A stretch of 64,000 nt of DNA from Octopus sinensis (taxonomy: Eukaryota), in NCBI RefSeq assembly GCF_006345805.1, contig NW_021835988.1, positions 1 to 64,000 of the forward strand, read 5' to 3'. How positions within the stretch are numbered: the first letter of the stretch is position 1; the number at the start of each line of letters is the position of its first letter. Below are positions 13,540-26,328 of this stretch, in pieces. Below the pieces are notes generated by a model that did not search any database, had not been told where the DNA came from, and saw only the letters and a program-made list of their open reading frames with translations. Both the position numbers and the translations under genes were made by a program.

Positions 13540-14250
13540 CTAACAAAGTCAGAGTCAGGCGATAGTTGAAAGATTTAATCAAACAAGCACAAGGATTTTA
13601 TCCAAATTGATGGCTTCGGATGATAAAAAAGAGCGGATAAAACACATTTGAAATGCTGTGTTTTTGTACAATCAGAGAGCTCATTGATCCACATGTAAAT
13701 TGGATTTTTTATTTTCTAGGCGTTAGTCCATTCCAAAGATATCGTGGTATTCCTGGATTCAACACTGTTGTTGAATTAGGTGTTGAGGAAAATCCAAAAG
13801 TTTTGATATAGAAGAATTGGAAGTTGTAAAAATCCCGATATTTATAATAAAGGTTTTTTATTGTTACTTATTAGTAAAGATGATGAGTACCGGTTTAATT
13901 TTGAGAGGATGAATTTGCAGTCTTCATATTATAGAAGAATGAATAGGAATAGAAATTGTCAAGTCTATAAATTTTCACGTCCTTTAAAAGTTTTCAGCAT
14001 TTTTTATTGTAGATTGGAGATATAAATCACCATGTGTTTGCTTCCTGTCCTAATGAACGGTTTCAGATAGATCTTATAGACTTAAAAAGATTTTCAACTG
14101 TTAATCATGATTTTAAATGCATTTTAGCGGTCATTTATGTCTATAGCAGGTTGGTTAGTTAAAAGAATCATTATAGATTTGCCTTCCCCAGGCCTCTTTA
14201 TAATAAGTCAGGCAAAGAAGTATCGGAAAATTTAAAATCATTATTTTAAA
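13540..14250 (+). mobile_element. Degenerate rve-integrase (KRBA2/Ginger-like) fragments
   Basis: SQAIVERFNQT and ERFQIDLIDLKRF...YSR|FAFPRPL, with a 27-nt GT-AG intron. Confidence 0.7.
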
Positions 14251-14339
14251 ATCATCTTTTTTTCATCAAATTTTAATTAAATATTACACACGCTATATAC
14301 TATGGATTGTTCACGTTTGGTTTTCCAAAACAAAAGAAG

Positions 14340-15200
14340 TTATATAAGAAATAACAATGAATATGATCAAATCAAGTCGATTCTCCATGGGATCGATGTA
14401 AAGACAAGAAATAGATATCAGGAAAGAAGGCTTTTGACCAAGTCAAAATCTTTTATTTAAATGACTGCCTTTATTATCGTGTTGAAAACGGGAGTCACAA
14501 ATTAGTTATTACTTCTGATGATCATGAAAAAATGAGAAGACTTTGTCAAGGAATTCACGAAGTTAGCCATTCCTGTCAAAATGAACTTGAGAGATTGTGT
14601 AGGCAAAGATTTTTTTTATTAAACGTGAAATCGTCCGTGATGTTGTTATCAACTGTGACATTTGCCGCTTTTCTGGACCTTTAAAGGACCATGATACAGA
14701 ATTTCATGTTTTGCTAATAAACCAAATGAAAGGTTTCAAATGGATTTAATCAATCTTAAAAGGTGCTTTTTCTGATTATTTTAGATTTTCGAGTTCCAAT
14801 GATTCTTTTTCATGGCTGTTAACTTGTATTGATGTATACAGCAAATATGGATTCACAAGAAAGCTAAAAAATAAATCTGGACTCGAGGTTTCAAAAAATA
14901 TTCAAGATATATTTATCGAGCATGGACCATCTCTATATCTAGAAACAGATAATGGGACAGAGTTCAAGAATTCTTACCTTACTGACTTGTGTGGAAAATA
15001 CAACATTCTCCAAATTCACGGAAGGCCTAACAATCCACGCAGTCAAGGGATCATTGAGCGTTTCAACCAAACGATTACGCGCAAAATCTCGAAAATGTTA
15101 TCTGAGGATAGTACCAAAAAGTGGATTAACTGTATTGGAGATGGCTCAAAAGATAAAATTCAAATTCATCGGCTTAAAAAGAAAATTAATTAAATTTTTT
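14340..15200 (+). mobile_element. rve-integrase (KRBA2/Ginger-like) gene remnant
   Basis: H2C2 region (IHEVSH..CDIC); D-D-E core RFQMDLI / ETDNGTEF / SQGIIERFNQT; 22-nt intron in LKR|FSS. Confidence 0.8.
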
Positions 15201-15600
15201 GAATTTTTATTAAAAATTTGTTTCAATTTGAGAGTTAAACACCGATATCGCAGTGTGAAACTTTTTGTAAAAAAGGTAAGAACTTAATAAAAATTCAAGT
15301 TCCAGTAGCATAACGAATCATCTTTTTTGTATTTGAGTTTTTTGTAAAATTTATTAAATGACATAAAAACAGATAATAGATAATAAAATTAAAAATAATT
15401 ACAATATTAAATTTATAAGCTAATTTTAACCTCATATTATATTTTATTATTTCAGTATAAAAGTTTTGGCAGAATTTTTATCTGGTGCTGATCTTTTGTA
15501 TAATTATATACACCCATATGGTTATCAATCATTATTTATTAGCGAATCAATAATGTGCGCTCAGGGCGTAGGGCGCGTTGTGCATGTGACATAATATTTT

Positions 15601-15748
15601 GACAATTTTTTAGACCGTTTTCACATGTGAATTTCCTTTGAGAAAATTTGATATTTTTTTACCAAAGTTATTTCGGAATATAGTAAAGATGAAAATCTAG
15701 ATTCGCATAGCAAAATTGTTGCATATGGTATCAGAACTTGCAGTGCTT
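15601..15748. repeat. About 150-bp copy of the hAT 3' segment at 12483-12635
   Basis: Near-identical gacaattttttagaccgttttca...gaacttgcagtgctt at both sites. Confidence 0.8.
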
Positions 15749-16045
15749 AATTAAATTAATTATTTTTGTAGTTGATAAATCAATAATAAGATTTACTGAT
15801 TTATTTTACTAAAACGTGATAAAATGACGCCGACTTTAGAATTGAGAAATACACTCAACGTCAAAAATAATGGACCATCTTACAGAAAGACAACTCATCT
15901 TCTTAACGATGGCAAGATCTACCGGATTTTCTTTTTTGTTTAATAAAAAATTTCGTGAAAAACAATCAACAAAATTTTTTGAACAAATATTTTCTGCTCA
16001 AAGATAGTAAGATACACAATTTACCTCAATATTTGTGATCCGTTA

Positions 16046-16085
16046 GATCAGCGGTTCTCAAATGCGGCCCCTCTAGAGTAACTAA
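16046..16085 (+). mobile_element. hAT terminal fragment, same family as 40474-41308
   Basis: cagcggttctcaaatgcggcccctctagagtaactaa matches the left end of the 835-bp element. Confidence 0.7.
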
Positions 16086-16145
16086 CCACACACTTGTCAT
16101 GGAAATTCTACGCTCCTTTTCTGAATTTTCCTTGGACACAAATGT

Positions 16146-18020
16146 CACCGGCCACAACTGTTACTCCGCCAGATGTGTTACACCAACATCAAATTGTCAA
16201 GTTGGAAAAAACTTAAAACATGAATCCTTTGGTATATTTCTATGAAATCAAAGAAAACTTATAAATTTTTAAAAAATATTGATGTTTTTTTAAATTACAA
16301 ATACACGTTAAAAATGCGTTAGTGCAAGTAACAAAGGAAGACTTAGAATTACTTAAGGAACTTAAGAGCAATCCTGAGCTCGTATTCGTCAGCAGGACGC
16401 TTTCGCGGATGCAAAGATCAAGACTACTGAAATTAGCAAATAAATTTGATTTTTTGGATGGAGCTCCATATATCACTAAAGATGGACTTAAATTAAGATT
16501 TTTCTGCAGCGATGAAGCTGAACTTAAAGATAAATATATTGAAGTTTGCATAATAAATGTTTATTTCAATTGGCTGAACATAATTTGAATCATTTTGGTC
16601 GAGACCGGTTGTTTTCAAAATTGGCGCGCTTATACCACGGAATATCACGTGCAGAGATCAATCGTGTCATAAAACGATGTATTCCTTGCCAGGTTTTAAG
16701 TTTTTTTTATTAATTTTTTAGTCAAAAAAATCATTGGCTACTAAACCCCCAGTTACGCCGATCATTGCAAGGCGGAGTCGCGATCGGTATATCGCCGATT
16801 TAGTGGACCTAAGGAGATATTCAGATATTAATGATTCTTATAACTGGGTACTTTTGGCTATATAAAGATTAGATTCTTGTAATTGTCGATTCTTTTTCGA
16901 AATTCGCGATAGTTGAGTTATCTTTTACCAAAAGAGCTCATGAAATTGCTTCGTTATTTCAGAACATCTTTTATTATATTGGGCCACCATTGATCTTGCA
17001 TACAGACAATGGTAAAGAATTTTGCAATGACCATGTCGCCCGTTTATGTGAAAAGTACAAAATTAAACATGTCCGTGGACGACCAAGGGCTCCTTGGGTA
17101 CAGGGACAGGTGGAAAGGTTGTAAGATAACATTATTCTTTAGACTAAATCAGAGTATCAAAAGATGGATTTCATCTAAAAGTTACTCTGATGAATGTTTT
17201 GGACGCTATTGCGATATAATCAAAGACATTGTTTTTGATTATAACAATACTGTCCATTCCACCACAAAAAAAGTCCCATTTAATCTATTATGGGCATAAA
17301 ATATCCTATTGAAACATCAGAGGAGGAACTAGAATCATTGTTATTGCAAAATGATGACATAGAATATTTGGAAGAGGAAAGGAATGAAGCGTATGTAAAT
17401 ATTCTGTTGGCAGCTGATAAAATGGCTCAGAGAAGAAAATGGAAGTATGACGAGGCTACTTTTAGTGTAGGAGAGATAGTAATCTTAAGGTATTTGGGAT
17501 GTATAAACATGTAATTTAGGCAAGATAATGACGCTAACAAACGACAATATCCACTTTATGATGGATTAGAGATGGTGAAATACACAATTGTGGCAAAAGA
17601 CGATTTTGTAGTAACAATACAAAGTGAGACAGGTGACATGTATGAGAAAATACATGTTTCACGCTTAATTAAAATTGGGAATGATCCTTCTTTTTTGTGA
17701 TTCCTTGATAGAAAACGTTTTAAACTAATAAGAGGCTTTTAAAATTTTTTTTATTAAAAAAAAGAATAATTATTTAATAAAAAAAATATGGATAAGCCAA
17801 AATTAAATAGATTGCTAAATAATTTAAAACTCATATTTTACACGGTATGTTGGTTTTTGGGAAAAAATTCATGTTTCAGTCCAAATTTTTTCTATTCAGA
17901 AAAGCATATTTTTGCGAACAATTAGGTTATGTTTTGTATTAATTTTTAATTTTAAAAGTTTATATTTCTATTTATATGAATTTTTAGTGTAACATATCTG
18001 GCGGAGTAACAGTTGTGGCC
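16146..18020 (+). mobile_element. TIR DNA element encoding an rve integrase, nested in a CRE copy
   Basis: 34-bp TIRs at 16150-16183 and 17987-18020 (1 mismatch); 13-bp direct repeat tggacacaaatgt at 16133-16145 and 18021-18033; removing the element restores the CRE reading frame. Confidence 0.85.
16282..17700 (+). CDS. H2C2-rve integrase (Ginger/KRBA2-like) with micro-introns
   Basis: HNLNHFGRDRL..CIPC; YIADLVD / HTDNGKEF / QGQVERLNQ; introns 16693-16721, 16848-16872, 17118-17142 and 17490-17519; a few homopolymer frameshifts. Confidence 0.8.
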
Positions 18021-18780
18021 TGGACACAAATGTGGCTCATTTCAGCGAAGTCTGGAGGGAACAAGGTCTTGACTTTCCGGAAGATCGAATGTCTCAACGA
18101 GCCTGGGACCGAATTAGATGCAAGAAAACTTTCAATCTGCTGCTCGAGTCGTCCAACCAGCAACGCCGCGTTTGCCTTCTGTCGGCAGCATCCCCGGCTA
18201 GCGGAGCTTGGCTTTGTGCATTCCCGAACGCCCCATCTGGCACTCTCCTTGACGATAAAGCGGTAAGGATCGGAGTCTCTCTGCGCCTCGGACTAAGGCA
18301 ATGTGTCCCGCACACGTGCCGCTGTGGCTGCACTGTTGACCCTTTCGATCTGCACCCTTTATCGTGCAGGAGGAGTGCCGGACGTTTCCCGAGGCACTCT
18401 GCTATGAACGACATCATACGAAGGGCCCTCGACTCGGCGGGATTTCCTTTGGTCCGCGAACCACCGGGTCTTGACCGCAGCGACGGGAAACGTCCTGACG
18501 GGATGACCTTTTCCCCTTGAAGGCGGAAAGGGCCTCGTATGGGATGCAACCTGCTGGAACACCTTTTTTGCTTCTCATTTAACTTCGTGTGTTCTGGAGC
18601 TAAGAAGGCTAAAGATCTAAAGCTATCAAAATATTCTGCCCTCTCGGAGGAATTTTCCGTGGTGCCGAAAGTTCCTTCGCAAGCTCGGAGCCAAAATCTT
18701 AATGCGCACCCATGATTCTCGGGAGGCGGACTGGCTAATGCAACGGTTCTCGATCGCCATTATCCGGGGAAACAATCCGC
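18021..18780 (+). mobile_element. CRE 3' portion; its left part lies at about 16090-16145
   Basis: GAWLCAFPNAPSGTLLDDKAVRIGVSLRLGL..CRCG..RHSAMND..DGKRPDG..WLMQRFSIAIIRGN. Confidence 0.85.
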
Positions 18781-18883
18781 CAGATATATCATAAACATAA
18801 TACTAACTAAATTATTTGTTGAATAAAAATAATCAGATAATGTTAAAATTTAATTATTTATTCTTAAGGTTAAAATAAACTTT

Positions 18884-19730
18884 GACAAGAGAGGTTTACA
18901 CCCTCTCTCTTTTCGCCTCAGTGCCGGCAGAATCCCAGGCACGCATATATTGTTCTCACATAATTGAAGATATCCGGTCACACGCCGATCAGTTTCAGTT
19001 GGCAAGCATTAATTGTGCCTGTCAACTGCATTCGGGCGATTGGCTGAATGCGTTACCGATCTCGTCACCGGGCATGTTCGTGGACGACGAATCGGTCCGC
19101 ATCGGAATCTGTTTACGGCTTGGCATAGAGATTTGTCAGCCGCACCATTGCAGATGTGGACAACTCATTGACAGGAGAGGTTTACACCCTCTCTCTTGTC
19201 GCCTCAGTGCCGGCAGGATCCCCAGGCACGCCTCATTGAATGACGTAGTGAAGCGCGCGCTTAACACCCCTGGATTCCCCTCGATGTAAGAACCGATAGG
19301 ACTAGACCGTGGGGACGGAAAACGCCCTGTCGGGTCGACTTTATTCCCGTTCAGGGAGAGAATGGCAACTGCGTAGACTCATTTTTTTCATCATCGTTGG
19401 TTGACTCCGCTTCTCGTCCTGGATCTGTATCTGCCCTTGCCGAATTTAGGAAAACTGCAAAATATGGCTTCCAGTGAGAACAAATCTTCCAGTGGAAACA
19501 ATTGGATTTGCAAGATGAATCTTTTTTAAGAATTAGTTTATTTAACTCTAATCGTTTGGAGTCTTCGGAGATCTTCGGCCTTAAGACACTCCGCTTTCTT
19601 CGCTCTCTCGGCCGACGAATGTGAAGAGTAAGACACGATTCAGGAGAGTCATCCTGGCTCTTGGAAAGTCTGTCGATCGCCGTGATCCGTGGGAATGGCT
19701 TTGCTATTCGCGAGGCCGGCCGAACGTCTC
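18884..19730 (+). mobile_element. 5'-truncated CRE copy
   Basis: SGDWLNALPIS..DDESVRIGICLRLG..CRCG..RHASLND..; ends WLLESLSIAVIRGN. Confidence 0.85.
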
Positions 19731-20086
19731 GTGAGGCATTAGTTATTAAATAATCTTTATACTCTTTTTTGTCGATAAATAAGTTTTTTTAAAAAAGAAA
19801 TAATGTCGCTGACTTGAGGGTCAGTCCAGCGAAGACGCGCTGCGACCTTTCTAAGCTAATTTTGGAGATTTCTGATTTGTTGCCAGCATTAAAATAATTA
19901 CCGTTTTTATGTGCTTTAGTGTACATTAGACTATTTTTAGATCAACAGCCAGTAATTTTAGTTCAAATATATTTAATTATTATTAAAATATATTTTTAAT
20001 TTACAAATAAATACATTATCAATAACGTGTAATATTGATTTGTGCTGTAGTTATTTATTACAATCAAAATAGACTTTAACTGACAA

Positions 20087-20950
20087 ATGGACAGCTCTGC
20101 TTTCTCCGAACAAGTTAAACAAATAATGAATCAAACTGGATGCTCAGAAACGACAGCAATAACCTCCCTCAAGGACAACCAACAAATGGTCTCCAAAGCC
20201 ATATCCGCCATCAGAGAGGGCACTGTAGGCCAAGTTTCTCTTACTTGATCAGACACAATGGCAAGAATACGGAAAAAAGAAATCCAAGCCCACAAGTGGA
20301 CCTCAATCAGAGCACGTGCCTTCGAAAGTAGTTCATGTGACCACTCAGAGACCCCCGCCTACCAAACAATGTCAAAAAATACTCAAATCAGACAAAAAGA
20401 GGAGATGACGACACTAAGGTGACTGCGTGGATATATTTAAGCTCGATGGATTCGTATTTACCCCATCAAATAGGAGAGAGGAGGGAGAATATGTTATTCC
20501 TGAGGCTTATAGACTCAGAAAACGGGAAATGTTGGGTTTAATGATTTGATGTTGTGTAGAGATGAGTTATCCTTTGATGTTTCCGACTTGTCTGACATTG
20601 AGTTGGAGATCACCACGTCGATTCAACCAAAGAATGTTTCCCCCAACATTAAAGTATTTTTATTAATCTAAATTTAGTTTGAAAATACTGAAAAACTTTC
20701 TCGTGTGGAATTTGTAAATGGGGTAGTTTGTATTATGTGAATTAGAAGGATGTAAAGTGCACAACCTCGCTTGTGTATGACAGCAATGCTAGGGTGGCAA
20801 CCCAGCAGTGTTCGGCCGGCTTTTCTATGGGTATGACGTGTTGACTGTATTTGTCAGAGGAAGGGTTGTTTCCATTCGAGTGGTCGCCCGATTATTGCAC
20901 TCAGGTCACATTTGGCAGGAAATGTGGCATTCCTGAACAGTCCTAATTTA
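20087..20950 (+). CDS. UBA-like N-terminal domain protein (UBAP2/Lingerer-like); 3' part uncertain
   Basis: EQVKQIMNQTGCSETTAITSLKDNQQMVSKAISAIREGT|TQWQEYGKKKS with a 28-nt intron, resembling the UBAP2 UBA domain plus W..VGKKK. Confidence 0.45.
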
Positions 20951-21089
20951 TAACATTAATTATTGTCACTGCTTAGGAGGAGTCATATTAGGATGAACGG
21001 AGTAAGTAAGCGACGCCTACACCGTTTGATATCCTCGGCCTGGCGAGAGCGAAGGCAGGACATAGTTTACTTTTCATACGGGGCACATT

Positions 21090-22480
21090 CCCTTGTTGAA
21101 TGAGAAGGCCGTCATTCCATGCGGACGTTTGCCGTCTCCTCAATCAAGACCAGAAGGCTCCAACCGAAGGGAGGCCATTAAAGCCCCGTTTGACGACGTT
21201 GTTTATATTGAAATGTCTCGTTTAACCGACAGGGAAGAGTGTCTCCAAAACCGAACATGCCCGAGCAATACCACAGAATCATAGAGGCAACAAGCTCACG
21301 TTTTTTATTTGTGATAGGAGTGTTCCATCGGAGAGTGGCGAACCAAGGACAACCAGATCTGAGACCGACAGCCAGAAAGGAGGCCTGATCAAATAGGGAA
21401 TGGTTGGGGAAAGCAGAGTGAACTCCCATTTTGAGGGATAGATCAAATAATATCGACGACATTGTGATTTAAACGAACCACCAAAGGGGATATCATCAAG
21501 ATACCACAAATTGAGCGGGCAATATGGTCTACTGCGAGGGCAAATAGGAGAGTGGATCCTCTTGCTGAACCTTTTTTCCCAAATAAAAGATTCGATGAGC
21601 ACGTGTAAGAGAGATGAATAATCGGATTTATAATGATCACTATTTTTTACAACTTTTATCATCAAGTCGTGTATTCTTTTTTAAAGGTTATTCCGATTGT
21701 CTTACATGGAGTGGAGTTGTATCAAAGTTCTTTAAAATTCATAATAAGTTATCCATTGAAGATGGAACTTGTACATACATCCAATCGGTTGTGCTGAAGA
21801 GGACGCTGTAGAGTAGCTCATTGAACACAGACACGGAATGAGGGTAGCTAATGAAGAGTACGCATCGGCTGCCAATCAACTTGCTAAGCTAGCATGTTGC
21901 GAGGACACTCAGCTGAACAACTACGCAGAAATGGAAAATTAAGGGAAGTTTGGGCCAAACTCTTCTTCCAAGCAAAGAAGAGAAATCACTGACGATCTGG
22001 ATTCTTAACTAAATAATTCAATATATTCCGAGGCATGATGACAATAATATATTTAATCAGGATTGTAAAAATATTTTACGGATATCTTCAATTACATGCG
22101 AACAATATATGTTGTCCCAGTTCCTTTGAGCCGACGGAATGTCCGGGACTTTAAGCCCCCAAGAAACCAACACGCTGACACCAGCCGCATATTCCAACAA
22201 CTCGCACTGTTCAGAAGAGGGAAAAAGAACAGAGTTGACGAAATTAGTGGAGGCGGACAACGATGATAGGTAACACGGAAGGGATAAATCACGACAAGAG
22301 CGAATACCGATGCCCCCATAACGGATGGGCAAATTAGCACGCAGAATATCATCAGATTTGAATTTTATCACCAGTAAATATCATTAAAACTGCACAAGGG
22401 CTTTGGAAAGCAGATTATCGAGGCGAAATAAGTATTCTTGTTCGGGGAAGCAGGGCGTAGAGCGCATTAAATTACATTTT
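21090..22480 (-). mobile_element. Scrambled CRE fragments
   Basis: LEPSGLD*GDGKRP; ALAVDHIAR..LWYLDD; RANLPIRYGGIGIRSCRDLSLPCYLSS. Confidence 0.8.
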
Positions 22481-22639
22481 TACAGGAATGCCACACTTAT
22501 TAAAGCAGGGGAAGATTGTGTTTTATTTCACATCCATCCAAGCTGTGCTAATCCATGAATAGCATCTAAAAAAGAATTTTTGGCAAGTGGTGTCGCAAAA
22601 GAGGAACAAGGAAATATTAAAGCAAATAATTAGGTTAGT

Positions 22640-23455
22640 CAATTAGTAACATCCGAAATGTAGGTCAAAAGCAATCCTTCCAGCATAGAAGATTGCTTGA
22701 TCCGGGATATCGGCAGAGGTTGCAATCTATTGTGAGTAAAATAACACACCATAGGCTTCCTCACTGATTAGTGTTGCGTCTGGATCTATTTCTACACTTT
22801 TATCAGTTAATTTGATTTCTAGCTGATCTGTCACTGTCGCAATCCTTATATTTGAATATCTAAGTATACATTATGGGTTGGGACCCATTTGTGAATATGC
22901 ACATTTTCTGGCCGTCAAAAATACTACAAAGTCAGTAAGTTAAAATACCCCATGTAGAGGGGACGACTGATTTTTGGCCTCTGGAAAATGGTATTTGATG
23001 GCATGTCACTTTAATGTTAGAAAAAGATTTGTACATAGTTGATAATGGGACTAGACGTGCAAAGGCATCTACGTTCACGTAACGAAGGTCACTACAGTCA
23101 TACAGATCTCTAATGATTCAAAATATTTGAATGTACATATAGTCTAGGTCATTCAACCCGTCAAATGAGTTGTTTAGTATTCTCTTTAGCGAGTCTCCAC
23201 GACAGTAACTAGTGTTAATAAAATGTTGATTACAATGTCTTCAAGTTTGTTAAATTCGAGAATATTTCTCCATTTGGAAATTTAACGTTTTTATTAATTT
23301 CAATTGTTGTTGTATGTCCTGCAGCATTTGCTCCATTGAATTCACAGTTTTGCAAATTTCTAATTCAAATAAGCAATTTTTCAAAAACCGTCGTGTTAAG
23401 TCACAGTCACTTTGGACCACTAAGTCAACAAAAAGTAGGACAAGTAAAAGCATTC
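22640..23455 (-). pseudogene. Signal peptide plus LRR ectodomain, glycoprotein-hormone-receptor/LGR-like (copy 1)
   Basis: ILNNSFDGLNDLDYI|DLYDCSDLRYVNVDAFARLVPLST; 75-nt phase-2 exon between 27- and 26-nt introns, typical of LGR LRR exons; stops further on. Confidence 0.55.
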
Positions 23456-23879
23456 TAATTAAAGCTAATATTTTATTGCGAATAACTCATTGGTTAGACA
23501 ACAAATAAATTAAAAATTTTTAACTAAATCCAAAACCGAAAATAATAAGAAATTAAGTAATTATTGATCCTAGTTTTTGGAAATTTTTCTCATCTTGAGG
23601 GGACTCCATAACTCATTATTTCCACATTTACTTTCATGCTCAGAGTCATTTATAATTTGTCAATTTGTTTTATCTGGGGTTTTCGCATTATTAGTTTGTC
23701 ATTGCAAACAACTGCCGTGATGACTTCTTTATTAGGCATATTAATTCCCATTACTATGCTCCAGAACGATGCTTTCTATTTTTCATTACAAGTGCCAGAA
23801 TGTATGTTCTCGTCGGGCCTTGAACAAATAATCTTTCGATATAGGAGATAGAACACTTTGTAATACTTTTAAACCTACT

Positions 23880-24065
23880 CCGTCCCTATTCACAAAAAGA
23901 TAGAACACTATTTTTTTCATGATTGTCGTTTAAATCATATATTTTTACTGGAATGCCACATTTATTAAAGCAGAGAGAGATTGTATATTATTTACGTCCA
24001 TCCAAGCAGTGCTAATCCACGGATAGCATATAAGAAAAAATTTTAGGCAAGCGGTGTCGCAGTGG
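23880..24065. repeat. Diverged duplicate of about 22470-22600
   Basis: ggaatgccaca..taaagcag..catccaagc.gtgctaatcca..ggcaag.ggtgtcgca at both sites. Confidence 0.7.
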
Positions 24066-24079
24066 TTTCTGTTTCGGAA

Positions 24080-24650
24080 GCAGTCAAGATTATTAACAAA
24101 GGAATTGTAGAGAATTGAGCAAGAGGAGAAATGCCTGGTTTCAATTACCTACAAAACACGGATTGGATGCCACCTACGTCGCACCGACTGCTGAAATCGA
24201 TTGACGAGATGTCTGATAAATGGAATGATTGAGAAGGAGAGGAAAGAAGTTTGCAGTATTGTGAGAAAGTGTTGGACTGCCCCACCAATCTCACTCACCC
24301 GAGATTAGGGTGTAATACTACAAAACAGTCGACGACCATCTCTGCTACAAGACGGAAATAGTCGACCCACCAAGAAAGTCTCTTATTTTACATGTGTAGA
24401 GGAGGTGATACAAATCTTAGAGGCCTATTCGTAAGCACATTAATTGTCTCTGTTCTCTCTGCAGCCCGACAACCTCAACCGACTAGGGCCTTTCTTCAAC
24501 TTGGCAGTTTTTCACTGCGAAGTGAAGGAGATGCCTCACAAGACAATAGAAATTGCGGAACAGTCCGTGGTGACACCAGAGGAGTACTCCACAACAAACA
24601 CTCCATTTTCATTGCCAAACTCATCCTGGACAACCTCTGAAGCATTTTGA
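24080..24650 (+). pseudogene. Highly diverged 14-3-3-like sequence
   Basis: RRNAW; EKERKEVCSIV; RV*YYKTVDDHLCY; PDNLNRLGPFFNLAVFHCEV; SIFIAKLILDNL. Motif order matches 14-3-3; in-frame TAA and a frameshift. Confidence 0.55.
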
Positions 24651-24949
24651 GTTTCGACTGGATACTTCCATAAAATCCGTAAATAAATCATTTATAAATT
24701 GAACAAAAATTGGCTAACTCAATATTATTCATAAGATTTCTATAAATAAGAAAATTTGTGAGGTTATTCAATAATAATTCGGTGGAAAGCACATTGCACG
24801 AATACATCTTCCAGCCTATAACTTTCTTCAATAATTACTCATGCGTGTTTCCAACATTGTTATGTTTCCATCTTCAATAATTACTCATTTGTGTTTCCGA
24901 TCAAACTTAAACTGCATTTTTCACTAATCATCAGTCGTTCATTGACAGA

Positions 24950-25330
24950 AAATATATCAATATTGTCAATTGAGCTCAGAAAAGGAGCTCATATTTGTCG
25001 TAAACTAGAATTTTCAGTTTCGTGCTGGACGTCGTATGCAATAAAGCGTGATCTAGACAGGCTATTTCCGTTTGGCGAGGGTTTCCTTACCGCGCAGTCT
25101 ATCATCACTGAGTCATAGTCTGGCTATTTCAGAGTCCACAACTGAAAGTGTCAGTTGGAGGACTACAAAGAGGCACTGAGTCGCCTTCCTTTCTTTTTAG
25201 TGTGCAATAAAGTCGATTATCTGTCGCTATCTCTGCCAAATTGGCATTGCTGACTAAATTAAGCTCTAAACTCTTTGCTTAATGTAGTGAAATACGTTTA
25301 CATCAGTAAAAAATGGCTTGCGAAAAGCCA
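24950..25330 (+). pseudogene. Degenerate Ras-family GTPase-like fragment
   Basis: SYAIKRD..GEGFLTAQSI and LPFFLVCNKVD (G4 motif); P-loop not found; stops. Confidence 0.4.
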
Positions 25331-25895
25331 CAAATAAAGGTCACTAACCTACCTTACATAGTGAGATAGTGATCACCTAACCAAAGAAAACTGCGATCTG
25401 TTGCGCTTAACCAAGGGAATTAATTGACCCTACTTCTGTTGTACTCCATTGGGGGAACATATTGTCCACACACTCCCTCAAACACATCCATTCGTCATAT
25501 TACTCAACATGACAACCCCAGGGGACCAAGTCTACTGAGTGTCGGCAAAGTCAAAGAAAGGACCTGTAAAATAAACCATGGTCATTTAGTTTGTAACACA
25601 GCGTTTAATGTTCTCGGATGAATTTGTTGTATATGCCTGTCGACAATTGAGAATTATCAGGTATTGACGTGGTAGTAAGAGGGTCACCAAGAGTTCCTTG
25701 AATAGAAAAAGCAACTATACACAGCTTCGCAAAACATTTGACAGCATTCAAAAATACGCATTTTCTAAGCGTTAATGTGAAGGGACGTGTGAACAGGACT
25801 GTCATGAACAAACTAAGTGACTGACAGGCACCCTTGATGGATCTAAAAGAAGTAGGTTGTTGAATGAGATTAGTAAAGAGAGAGTAAATGGAGTA

Positions 25896-26328
25896 TTAGA
25901 AGAGGGGAGTGAAGGACGTGTTTTTGTACTTAAATCGGTTCCTCATATCCCTGAGTGGAGCATGGGCGTAGTACTCGTCGATGGAAGGGTCAATCCAGTG
26001 GTCGCCCTCGTTGTAATAGACTGGCTAATATTGTTCCACCCCTCGACGTCCTTCATGATATCGGCCTCCATGTTCTTCTTTAGTTGCCTGACATAGCTGG
26101 GATATTAATAAACGTGGCACTTATTTTTGAGTAGTGGCTCGATGGCCACCACACTGTCGTAGTTCAACAACTTGCGTTCTCTACGTGTGAAGAGGACTCG
26201 TACCTTTGCCCCACTCGGTAGTGCATGTAGACGTACCAACTCACTGTCGTGATGTAGGCCGACAATATCAGTCATATATTGTACTAGTCGCCCTGCTCGT
26301 CCCATTTCCCCCTGTCCTGCACACACAT
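25896..26328 (-). CDS. NDUFA13: NADH dehydrogenase subunit NDUFA13/GRIM-19-like; frame-disrupted as assembled
   Basis: TM LILSAYITTVSWYVY; RERK..AIEPLL; IMKDVEGW; VYYN..WIDPSIDEYYAH; 23-24-nt introns. Confidence 0.7.
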
